Part shown: positions 16,601 to 24,738 of the stretch, in pieces | Layout: each line of letters starts with the position of its first letter | Numbering within the stretch: position 1 is the stretch's first letter | Source: Anaerolineaceae bacterium | GTDB taxonomy: Bacteria; Chloroflexota; Anaerolineae; Anaerolineales; Anaerolineaceae | Length of the DNA stretch: 40,891 nucleotides | Assembly: GCA_003501835.1 (NCBI GenBank) | Contig: DNOU01000031.1 | Span: forward strand, 13,033 to 53,923 | Direction: 5' to 3' | Notes under the pieces: model-generated | The model's input: only the letters and a program-made list of their open reading frames with translations | Databases searched by the model: none | Told to the model about the DNA's origin: nothing | Translations under genes and position numbers: made by a program

Positions 16601-19600
16601 ATATCGCGGACTGATGTTTTACCACTTGCAGGTAAACCCATCAGGATGATGGCTCTGGGTTGTTGACCTTCCGGGGGTGGTTGAACGGAATCAAACTGAT
16701 CTCGGATGAATTTATCGTGCAATTCTGCGCGATCTGCTGTCCATTCATTATTAATTTTATACCGATCAATCGTCTGTGTCAAGCTGTCATCGTTGATCCA
16801 GCCCTCAATATCTGGCAATTCGTGCCGTTCTCGTAAACCCACCTGGAACAGGGATGGGCTGTAAATATCCTCTGGGTTGGTTCCCGAAGTAATCACTTTG
16901 CCACTCGCGTCCAGGATGCGGTAAGTGATCTGCTCTCCCTGGTGCAGTTTGAGGGTTTCTTCGATCTGCCTTAGCTTCTGGATGTCGATTCTGACATAGC
17001 TCGTGCCATCACTTCCCCTGATTGCAAGTTCCACAATCCGGGTGGGTTTTGCTTCCGGCACCAGGTCTTCAAACAGGGACATTTGAGGACTGGCTTCTTT
17101 CGGTCTGAAATCAACATCGTCCACCGGGATGGGGGTGCCGGAGAATAGCGGTAAATCCTCCTGTGATTCGCTGAACATATTGATTTGATTGCGATTGCTC
17201 TGGATCTTCCCTTGCTCCAGGCCTGGCGTGGGTTCTGCTTTTTCAATGGATGGATTATCCGGGTCAACCTTCTTGATCTCGCCATCAATCTCATACACCC
17301 AAAGAGCGGGGTTCTCGCGGTCAATCCCCAGCAGCCTGGCTTCACCACCATTGGCGTTGAACTCCTTGAACAATTCTGGATGGGCAGGATACAGGGCAAT
17401 GGGTTCACCGTCCCTGTATACCTCGGCCACCACGTCATATTGACCGTGTTTGAAGGCGTAAACCTTCTGGATGTAGGTGCCTTCCCCTGGTGGATAGGAC
17501 GCGTCTGAATCCACCAAGGGGATCGGTGTGGTGCGGTTGCGAGCTTCAACCCGAAGCAGAGATTCACGCGCCAGGTCAACCTGTTTTTTGACAAAGGCAA
17601 TTTCCGCTGCGCTGATCTTGCTGCTGGTGGGCGGTTCGCCGTGTTCGCCATCCAGAATCCAGTTGGCGTACTCACGTGCATATGCGCGCTGATCTTTGTC
17701 GGAGATCAGCTTGTTGATTCCATTCGACAGGTATTCAGTGACCTGATCCCATTGGGGTACTTTGTCTGTGTGATTCAGATCGATGTTTTTGATCTCGTCA
17801 ATCGGGACAGCTTCACCCTGGTCATACAGATCCTTATAGCTGTATTCCTTCTGGACCATGGCGAGCTTTGCCCTTTCCTCTTTGCTCAACGTGGAAAGGT
17901 AGGATGCTTCCCCCATAACGTACTTGTACAGCCAGATGCCTTCACCTTCGGTCATCCCGCCAGCTTCGAGACCGGCAAGTTTTTCCAGGGTGGCGCGGTC
18001 ATTGGTTTCAATTGCATCCTGCCGGGCTTGATCCAGCAGCCACTGGTCGGATCGGATTTGCGCTTCCCTGGCAGCTCTGCGGTTCTGCCGGCGTCGATTC
18101 AGGATTTCGATCTCGGCCTGCGTTTTGACCGGAGCTGGTGGCTCGACAGGTGGTGTTTCAACCGGCTGGGGTTGGGCTTCTATTTTTGGTTGTTCTGCTC
18201 CAGGTGGGGGAAGTTTTTCTTCCACCATTCCCGGTCCTGCTGTTTCTCCTCCTCGGTCATTTGGGGGTACGACCAATGCCGCTGGGGCGGTGGCTTGGGC
18301 ATCCACTTGTCCACCGTTGGCTTGTTCGTTTGAGAGGGCTGGTTCGTACTTTCCACCGGCTTGCTCGAATCTTGTTTGCGCGTCATACATCACCTCTTCT
18401 TTATTTCTGAATTTCTGATCTCCAAATAATGAAGCCTGGCGTGGATCAGGTTCTTTCAATGCTTCGTCCACATATGTGCGAATGAAGTCTCGCAAAGGTT
18501 TTTCGTTTTTCAACCCCGCCATCATACGTAATAGAAATTCCTGGGTACGGGTCAATGGCTCCACAAACATGGGTGGGGTATTGATCAATTCATCAATATT
18601 GCCAAGTTTATTTTGCTGTCTGAACCACCTCAATCGATCTGCAGCTACCGCAATATCATTTGAAAGCGATAGATCAGGGTTAATCCTACCCCGTGAAATA
18701 TCCCCGTCAAGCTCTGCCAGTTGTGGCAGGACTTTGTACATAACTGATTCGACTGTGCGCATTTGCGCTTTTGTATTGAAGGTGGTGAATTGATCCAGCA
18801 ATTGTTTGGCAGCATCATTGGTATAGATGTTGGCAAACATGGCATTCTTGATCCGGGTAATTGCCTTCTCGGTGAATTGACCTTTTACAATGTATTGCCC
18901 CTTCTCTGTGTCTGCCACCTTGTTCTGTAGGAAGGACGTGATAAAGTCTCGATTGGCAGCGCGCTTAAGCATCCCCTCCACAGTGTCATCATCGCCCACT
19001 TCCAGTTTTGCCAGGGCTTCTTTGGAGATCGAACCCACATCGTTGACGGCAATTTCCTGATCATTCATCGCCAGGTTTTCGCGGGTGTTGGCATCGTTCA
19101 CAAACTTTTTGATGGCATCCGCATCCATTGTGTCATCAAGAACCCTGACCAGTACCGGGTGTTTCATGGTCTTGAAGCTTTCAGGATCAATGCCGTGTTC
19201 CACCGCATAATCGTCCAGGGCAGATCGGTATTCCAGCCACCTGTTGGGGTAGGCGTCGATGGCTCTGGAGATGTACAGGATGCGACCATTGCCTGAAAGC
19301 ACCATGTTATCTTGATCCAGGATGGGTGCGCCCCGGTCTATGGCTTTGAATTCGTCCAGTAATTTCTCCGGATCAAGTTTGCTGGCGTTGTTTTCAATTT
19401 GCTCACGGCTAGCTTGCGCCTGGCGGTCACGTGGCTGCTTCGCCTGATCGTAAAGGGGATTTGGTTTGATGGCATCCCCTTCGAATCTGTCGCTTGAAAT
19501 GATGTCATCCAGCTCCATGACCGCGTAGGTCATCTTGTACCTGGTGTCGCCCTGGATGCTCTTGGCGCTGGTCTTGCCACCCATGATCCTGACCACTTCC

Positions 19601-22600
19601 GGCTTGTGCCATGGAGCAAGATCCGGATTTGTCTCCAGCTCCCGAAGTGCGTCATAAACAGCGGTATCGTGGATCAGCTTACCATCATCCCCCTGCAGGT
19701 AATTATCCACCGCGTCATCCACGAATTTGATGGCTTCTTCTTCGCTGCCAAACTTGCCCAGTACGTACCTGGCGGCTTCCTTCTTTGCCATCCGGGTGAT
19801 CTCATCATCGTTGAAGCGATAATTCCTGCCGCTGTTCTTGATATCCTCGAATCGCCTCCGGTAAATCTGATCCCAGGATTGTGGCCGGCTGGGCTGGTCC
19901 ACCAGCATTTTGTCAAAGATGTCTTTCAGGGATACGCCATTGATCTTCGCCTGAATGTCTACGGTCTTTCCACCCACCGTGAAATCCTGGGCGGTTTCAA
20001 AACCACTCACCCTGCCCCCCGTCTTGAATAGCTTGTGGTAAATATTCAGCATCCAGTCCGTGAATTTGCGGAAGACGGACTTGAGCGCCATGGTGGGAGC
20101 ATCCCCTTCTGCCAGGTATCTTTCCCATCCCCGGGCAAATGTTTCTTCCGCCTGAACGTACCGGGCTGCCTCCTCGGGTGTTGCAGTTGCGCTCCAATAC
20201 CTGGCTTCAAGGTTTTGCAATTCCGCCGCACCGGATAGACCGCCGTGCCTGGCAACGGTGTCCAGGTCTGCCGTGGAAAGATCGCGCCGGAAGATGTGAC
20301 CCACCTCGTGCATCATCGTGCTGAAATCGGGTGCGTTCAAACCCCTGACCAATGCCCGGCCATCTTCCAGGAAGTTGATGGATCCTCGTGCTTCGCCCTG
20401 GCGCAATTCCTGGGCAAGATTTTCAAATAATCCCTTATTGGTGATCTTACCGTTGTCGTCCAGTGCAAACCGGGTGGCGTACCAGTAATCCCGGTAGGCT
20501 TCACCAGGTGCGAATCCAGTCTGCAATGCCAGGGTATCCGCATGGGATTCCATCACCACCATGGCGGCATTGACCTCGGTTTCTGAGACGCCATATTGCC
20601 TGATCAGGTATTCCTTGATCTCTTCGCGGGTGGCATATCCCCGCTCCCGGATGGTTGCCATGCGTTTCTGCCTGTCGGCAATCAGGGCGATGTCCTCCGC
20701 CTGGGTCTTGGCGGTAATGGTTTCCCTGGCCTTGGTCACCTGGTGCGCCAGGTAGTGTTGATTGAAAGCGTATTCTGCCAGCTCCGGGGGCACATCCCCC
20801 AGGTTCTTGAAGTCTGATTCAAAGTATGGCTTCTCGCCATTGGCATCAATATAATCCTTACCATATTTGCGGATCACGTTGAGGGCATACCTGGCAACCG
20901 GGTTTCCCTTCTTATCGGTGATTCCAAATTTGGCGGCCAGGCTCATGATCTGTTCACGCTTTGCTTGGGCAGCCGCGCCGGCTGCTTCTGCTGCAGGTGC
21001 TTCCTCAATCCAATCCGGTTCTTCTGGAACCAGGGGTTTGGGTTGCCTGGCAGGTGGCACTTCCACCTTCTTTTCTGGTTCGGGAACTGGCTGCCTGGCC
21101 AACTCGAATGCTCCCCTGTTCTCCAGCTCCTTCATATCGGCGATCATGCGGTTGTAGATCGGGTTGAATTCGGCGTATGCCCGATCTTTTTCTTCACCCA
21201 CCATGTCCGCAGTTTTCTCACGGATGTCCAGTTGCGCCTGAACTGTCCTTTTGCGGACCTCCCGGATTGCCTTGCGCCACTCTTTGGCTTTTTCAATATC
21301 CCACCCGGTAAACTCGGCGTAGGATTGTGCAAATTCCTCATCCATCCCGGTTTGTAGTTTTTCTTCCAGGGCGGTGGCCTTGTTGTACAGATCGTTGATT
21401 TTCTGCTCGGTGGCTTTCCACTCGGCATTGGTTCTAGATTGCCAGGTGTCGTAGGTTTCCCCGTCTTTGCGGTGGGAATTCTCAAAGTATCTGTCGCGCA
21501 GCTTTCGGGTTTCCTCGTGGAACTGTTTCCAATTGTCGTGGTTCTGGTTCAGAAGATCGATGAACTTGCGTGATCTCTCGTTCTTGATGTCCAATCCATC
21601 AAAGATTCCGCTCAGGGTTTGGGTTTCGAACTCGTATACCCGACGCCACTCCTTGTCCTGGCTGGCAGACAGGGCTTTCCATTCCTTGTTCCATTGCTCG
21701 GAGCTGAATTCACCCTGTGATTTGCGGTAGTACAGATCGTCCACCGCCTTACGCGCATTTACCCAATGCTGCCCGATCATGATCTCGGTGTCGCCGTATA
21801 ACTGGAGGACCCCCACCAGCTTTTCCTTGTTCACAATGTTGACCACTTCCAATGACCGCTTGGCAATTTCCCTGCTAAATGCGGCATCCACAAAGGCATC
21901 CACCTGGTCACGGATCTCCCAAATGGCGGTATCCACCTGGGAGGGATCTGTCGCATCTTTCAGTTTGACGAATAACTGATCCATGATGCTGGTCTTGGTC
22001 AGCATATCTTCCACCATGCCGGGTTCGCCTGGATAAAGGGTATCGCTAACCTTCTGCGCCACCTGGGAAATCGAGGGCTTCATATACTCGCCAAAGATTG
22101 CCTTCTCGATCTCGTCAATGTTCATGCCGGCTTCGATTGCGCCGTAAAGCACATTCTTCATTCCGGGTGCACGTTGATCCAGGATGGCTTCGATGCTTGG
22201 GGACATCCTCTTAAATCCCTGCCCCTGCTTCCAATTGCGATTCCAGAAGGTGGTGATGCCAATGATGGTCGCCTGGCGCGATTCTGACCGCTCCACCGCT
22301 CCGGATAGCCTGGAGAAAACACCGGCACCCCGGTTGATCTTGTCGATGCGCTTCTGGCTCTTGGCAATCAGGTCGCTGGCCTCGGTGGCTTCTGCGATAA
22401 TCCCTTTGCCGCCGTAGATCGCGCCCTCATCTGCTGCGCCCACGCCCACATCCAGCCTGGGTGGAGTGATCCGCAGCCGTTCCAGTGTATTGTTGATCTG
22501 CCTGGGGGTCAGGAATCCGAACACGCCCACGGATGCACGGGTGACAATATTATTGATGGCATTATTCAGAAAGTAAGCAGGGTTCAGCCCCAGCAGGAGC

Positions 22601-24732
22601 AGGGATTGTACTCCCTTCAAGGTGTTGGATAACCGAAACACCCAGCTATTAGGCTTCAACCCCAGGGTATTCTGAAACCACCCATCCATCTTGTCTGCCA
22701 TGTTGATCAACAGGTGGGCTTGCATTTCAGTTTCGGACCATGGCAGGGCATCCTTGCCGGTGAATACACCCAGGGTATCCTTGATAAATTTGGCATCTCC
22801 GACCTGTGGAGCAACGTCATTGATGCGCCGGATCAGGGTATCCGGTTCGAGTTCCAGTTGTTCCAGGATGTTGGCCGGCTTTTCTTTCAGGGCATTGGCA
22901 ATCTTCATCAGGATCATGCGCCGATCTTTGCTGGCGTTCCAACTGATCAGCATGTTGTCCAGGGAATTATCCTTCGTGGCAGCATATTTGATCGCCTGTT
23001 GGATGGCTGTCATGGCCGGAGATTTCAATATCTGCTCGCCAACATCTCCCCTGGCAACCTTTTCCAATCCGGCTGCCTGTCTCCATAGTTTGCCCATCAG
23101 ATCCACATCCCCGTTTGCCGCGTCCATCAGGGTGGCCATGCTGGAATGGAATGTGTTCAGCATCAGGTGGGTTTGAGATTCGGGGGTCAGGCTGGAAAGC
23201 TTTTGATACCACTTCATCCCGGTGTTGGGTCGAAGCTCTTTGAAGCCATAGGTGTCATCCAGCCCACCAATAAACTTTTCAAAGTCGGTCAGGTCCCTGG
23301 CTTCTGGGATTTCCCTGGGGGCGCGGCTGGCCTTGTAGGTTTGCTCTTTGCCGTTAGCATCTTTCCAGATCACCCTGTCGCCTTCATAACGGATGGTGGC
23401 AGGATCGACACCGGACCTGGTCAGTTCTTCCACCTTGGCGCGGGTATCCGCCGGGTAGTCTGTATAATCACCAGCATAATGCCCAAAGCGGATCGAAGTT
23501 TTGTATTGATCCAGGGTCTCGAAGATGCCCGGGGTGGAGCGTTGTTTGGTTACGGCTTCCGCAAGCTGCTGAACACCAAAGGGAAGGGCATCAATTGCCA
23601 GGTTGCCACGGGTTTCCTTGAATGCGGTGGCCAATCGTTCATTGCCGCGGAACCTGGCAATCTTCTCGCCTGCCGCGTTCATTCCCCTGGGTAAAAGCTG
23701 CATGGGATCAAGCACGGATTGCAGCGCAAAATCATTGACGATGCCCGATGCGCCGTACTCCAGGGTGAATTCAGCATAGGTTTGATCCGATGCTTCCCTC
23801 AAGGTTGCGCCCTCATTCATCAATTCATTGATCCGCGCCTTGGCTGCGTCCATGGCTTTGACACCCTTGCCATATGCCGGCAAATACTGACCACTTTTAC
23901 CCTGTTCAAAACGGAACACGCCACCAGGAATGCCGCGGTATTCTTCGTTATAGGCAGACGCCAGCAGTTTAGCCAGCGGTTCAAGTACGCTAAAATCCCC
24001 GGTCTCATAGGCCAGTCTGGCGGCTTCCCAGTTGACCGGAAGATCCTTGAAGGATTGTTTTAGATTTTCAAAATTAAATACATCGATATTCTTAAAATCT
24101 TCTCGGACAGCAGCCATATTCCTGTCATCGATTATTTTCCAGGCTTCCTTTTCGGAAACATTGTATTGCTTCATCGTTTCTTGCAGTTCTTTGTCAAGCT
24201 GCTGACCAATCTGCTTTCTATCCAGGCTATACATCAGGTTGATGCCATAAGTCTGCTCCACGGCCTGTGCAGCAAAGTTAAAAGCCATCAAAACCTGACT
24301 TAATCCTGGCACTTCTTTCCCGGTCAGTCCTTGATAGAACGTGCCCCCACCCAATGCCAGCGCCCCCACCACCATACCTGGCAATTTCCCAACCGTCTGT
24401 CCGATTTTTCCGCCCAGTAGGAACATAGGCCAAGATTGAGAAAGGGTGCCAACGATCTTCGAGCCAAGAGGTCGGTCTGCCAGATTCTGTGTTTGTGCGC
24501 CGGACATCAGCAGGGTGTTCAGAGCTTGTTCGTATTTCAGCAGGTCGCCCCATCTACCCTGGGTGTCTTGCATTTGCTGCATCTGTTTGGCACGGAGCTC
24601 CCGAAGTGCATCTTCCCCCCATAGAACCTGGGAAGGTGGTTGCTTCATCTTGCGGAGGTAGTCAAGTCCGCTATCCCCTTCGGGCAGAGATTGCCATTCA
24701 TACCAGGGCTTGCCCTCGTTGCGTTCACTCAT
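13663..24732 (-). CDS. Giant multidomain virion-associated (polyvalent-type) protein, 3,689 aa
   Basis: Single uninterrupted 11,070-nt ORF, ATG with AGGAG RBS, TGA stop. Contains an HEVGH zincin motif, a QPRDR...SGNGR ParB-like motif and a GLPASGKT Zeta-like kinase, separated by Pro/Gly-rich linkers. Lies between the portal-proximal genes and the scaffold. Confidence 0.9.
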   Translation of the reverse strand: MSERNEGKPWYEWQSLPEGDSGLDYLRKMKQPPSQVLWGEDALRELRAKQMQQMQDTQGRWGDLLKYEQALNTLLMSGAQTQNLADRPLGSKIVGTLSQSWPMFLLGGKIGQTVGKLPGMVVGALALGGGTFYQGLTGKEVPGLSQVLMAFNFAAQAVEQTYGINLMYSLDRKQIGQQLDKELQETMKQYNVSEKEAWKIIDDRNMAAVREDFKNIDVFNFENLKQSFKDLPVNWEAARLAYETGDFSVLEPLAKLLASAYNEEYRGIPGGVFRFEQGKSGQYLPAYGKGVKAMDAAKARINELMNEGATLREASDQTYAEFTLEYGASGIVNDFALQSVLDPMQLLPRGMNAAGEKIARFRGNERLATAFKETRGNLAIDALPFGVQQLAEAVTKQRSTPGIFETLDQYKTSIRFGHYAGDYTDYPADTRAKVEELTRSGVDPATIRYEGDRVIWKDANGKEQTYKASRAPREIPEARDLTDFEKFIGGLDDTYGFKELRPNTGMKWYQKLSSLTPESQTHLMLNTFHSSMATLMDAANGDVDLMGKLWRQAAGLEKVARGDVGEQILKSPAMTAIQQAIKYAATKDNSLDNMLISWNASKDRRMILMKIANALKEKPANILEQLELEPDTLIRRINDVAPQVGDAKFIKDTLGVFTGKDALPWSETEMQAHLLINMADKMDGWFQNTLGLKPNSWVFRLSNTLKGVQSLLLLGLNPAYFLNNAINNIVTRASVGVFGFLTPRQINNTLERLRITPPRLDVGVGAADEGAIYGGKGIIAEATEASDLIAKSQKRIDKINRGAGVFSRLSGAVERSESRQATIIGITTFWNRNWKQGQGFKRMSPSIEAILDQRAPGMKNVLYGAIEAGMNIDEIEKAIFGEYMKPSISQVAQKVSDTLYPGEPGMVEDMLTKTSIMDQLFVKLKDATDPSQVDTAIWEIRDQVDAFVDAAFSREIAKRSLEVVNIVNKEKLVGVLQLYGDTEIMIGQHWVNARKAVDDLYYRKSQGEFSSEQWNKEWKALSASQDKEWRRVYEFETQTLSGIFDGLDIKNERSRKFIDLLNQNHDNWKQFHEETRKLRDRYFENSHRKDGETYDTWQSRTNAEWKATEQKINDLYNKATALEEKLQTGMDEEFAQSYAEFTGWDIEKAKEWRKAIREVRKRTVQAQLDIREKTADMVGEEKDRAYAEFNPIYNRMIADMKELENRGAFELARQPVPEPEKKVEVPPARQPKPLVPEEPDWIEEAPAAEAAGAAAQAKREQIMSLAAKFGITDKKGNPVARYALNVIRKYGKDYIDANGEKPYFESDFKNLGDVPPELAEYAFNQHYLAHQVTKARETITAKTQAEDIALIADRQKRMATIRERGYATREEIKEYLIRQYGVSETEVNAAMVVMESHADTLALQTGFAPGEAYRDYWYATRFALDDNGKITNKGLFENLAQELRQGEARGSINFLEDGRALVRGLNAPDFSTMMHEVGHIFRRDLSTADLDTVARHGGLSGAAELQNLEARYWSATATPEEAARYVQAEETFARGWERYLAEGDAPTMALKSVFRKFTDWMLNIYHKLFKTGGRVSGFETAQDFTVGGKTVDIQAKINGVSLKDIFDKMLVDQPSRPQSWDQIYRRRFEDIKNSGRNYRFNDDEITRMAKKEAARYVLGKFGSEEEAIKFVDDAVDNYLQGDDGKLIHDTAVYDALRELETNPDLAPWHKPEVVRIMGGKTSAKSIQGDTRYKMTYAVMELDDIISSDRFEGDAIKPNPLYDQAKQPRDRQAQASREQIENNASKLDPEKLLDEFKAIDRGAPILDQDNMVLSGNGRILYISRAIDAYPNRWLEYRSALDDYAVEHGIDPESFKTMKHPVLVRVLDDTMDADAIKKFVNDANTRENLAMNDQEIAVNDVGSISKEALAKLEVGDDDTVEGMLKRAANRDFITSFLQNKVADTEKGQYIVKGQFTEKAITRIKNAMFANIYTNDAAKQLLDQFTTFNTKAQMRTVESVMYKVLPQLAELDGDISRGRINPDLSLSNDIAVAADRLRWFRQQNKLGNIDELINTPPMFVEPLTRTQEFLLRMMAGLKNEKPLRDFIRTYVDEALKEPDPRQASLFGDQKFRNKEEVMYDAQTRFEQAGGKYEPALSNEQANGGQVDAQATAPAALVVPPNDRGGETAGPGMVEEKLPPPGAEQPKIEAQPQPVETPPVEPPAPVKTQAEIEILNRRRQNRRAAREAQIRSDQWLLDQARQDAIETNDRATLEKLAGLEAGGMTEGEGIWLYKYVMGEASYLSTLSKEERAKLAMVQKEYSYKDLYDQGEAVPIDEIKNIDLNHTDKVPQWDQVTEYLSNGINKLISDKDQRAYAREYANWILDGEHGEPPTSSKISAAEIAFVKKQVDLARESLLRVEARNRTTPIPLVDSDASYPPGEGTYIQKVYAFKHGQYDVVAEVYRDGEPIALYPAHPELFKEFNANGGEARLLGIDRENPALWVYEIDGEIKKVDPDNPSIEKAEPTPGLEQGKIQSNRNQINMFSESQEDLPLFSGTPIPVDDVDFRPKEASPQMSLFEDLVPEAKPTRIVELAIRGSDGTSYVRIDIQKLRQIEETLKLHQGEQITYRILDASGKVITSGTNPEDIYSPSLFQVGLRERHELPDIEGWINDDSLTQTIDRYKINNEWTADRAELHDKFIRDQFDSVQPPPEGQQPRAIILMGLPASGKTSVRDMSFAQGDLISNYVVVDPDMAKSYLPEFEVEARRKNKSGPAIVHEESSEMAKALQEKAITSGKNVIIDGVGSSPEKYRNLLTRLKTIGYDVTLIMVDVEPEQAWEGMKARANNNGRYIPQDFLWMANENVPKNFMELYPLADKATLFYNDNNNYRVILNKNQKGESINDREHWQQFQQRYGKDIGRVYGESPAQRGAVQPGQIETPGAGLPGEWSGYGRAGAGLPGYVEEGKGRGGAPEEPGRVDTTAPMGEVPLNGTPSTEPYGEVLHEINSEYLRTILDKFGQEYKKQMGEARKFSIGSLDEDTRKEITRYINGSVKNDMAGMKLSAMNYGEQMRDSALLNYSRRYGVDNFLNIISPYQFWYTRSYYNWAKRMMDRPGWYAMYARMKQMQEKLDQKMPTRLKGKSRIPMPWMPDWMGGGYWIDPMKQLFPFEQFTDSIDQYTRDSARVGAEAESQVDEMLNAGLITPQEAKDAKQNHSGNIWNRAVKQAEASLDKNISPASLATMMLSPALWWTIPKNIAQGTPEKISVLPITRTGQAVREIGKDTFAEGLTDIVGGLLAGPEEAIRKANKLSEFGQWGDYYIDRQLANMAGEGLITADEARIAMIERQGEAFDMARERVATESAMRTPGVVGFEALKNNAKWYEILPAFLSGIFGGSLFPTGELKLRGLQDEYNNAWKKFKTGDESAINDFFADHPEYEARLALFADPDTRLHEFLVDQVWRKYTSLAGPNKKKVREALGQEFIDSFLDENTRNTDTVSDKTLIKWVQQIGGMVPSSLKDENIQKVDYYNAVIANAAENYQKERNARFPNWYELQQQYYALPRVTDEQKKAYLGSHPELSDTYKTVQAAYRAGDKEAYSKFWDAQPLDKRRAFLRSHPELANYWSWNRNFKAQHPELAGYFEDQAQEYQNNTPSLSEAELKQMTNPLIRQLLDYYTTGEPLSSGAWSEIKRIWELGGKKSPTINEYLDTVVSQSFVQ
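16123..16659 (-). other. Zeta-toxin-like P-loop kinase module of the giant protein (aa about 2692-2870)
   Basis: Walker A GLPASGKT (16615-16638). VVVDPDMAKSYLPEF aligns to the zeta catalytic-Asp region (VIDNDTFKQQHP). NVIIDGVGSS and downstream Arg-rich KARANNNGRYIP also present. Confidence 0.6.
19183..19527 (-). other. ParB/sulfiredoxin-fold (ddrB-ParB-like) module of the giant protein (aa about 1736-1850)
   Basis: YAVMELDDIISS ... KQPRDRQ (P codon at 19432-19434) ... MVLSGNGRILYISRA (GNGR at 19282-19293). Confidence 0.5.
20053..20535 (-). other. Zincin-like metallopeptidase module (MPTase-PolyVal-like) of the giant protein (aa about 1400-1560)
   Basis: MMHEVGHIFRR (HEVGH at 20296-20310) with downstream EETFARGWERYLAEG, a plausible third-ligand Glu helix. 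Confidence 0.55.
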
Positions 24733-24738
24733 GTACTC

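Noticed and set aside
16971-17681. 236-aa minus-strand ORF in an alternative frame inside the giant gene, plus similar same-strand overlaps (26123-26608 inside portal, 32038-32553 inside the C5-MTase, 28943-29341 inside terL)
   Set aside because: These are out-of-frame overlaps of genes whose primary frame carries clear catalytic or structural motifs. The translations are Arg/Pro/Trp-rich junk. There is no independent RBS.
13663-24732. Giant ORF as an N4-type or crAss-type virion RNA polymerase
   Set aside because: I found no DxDGD/NADFDGD-type or T7-like polymerase motif. The only DGD (LAELDGDIS) has no supporting context. The recognisable motifs are zincin, ParB-like and Zeta-like instead. 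A remote-homology search is still needed to exclude this fully.
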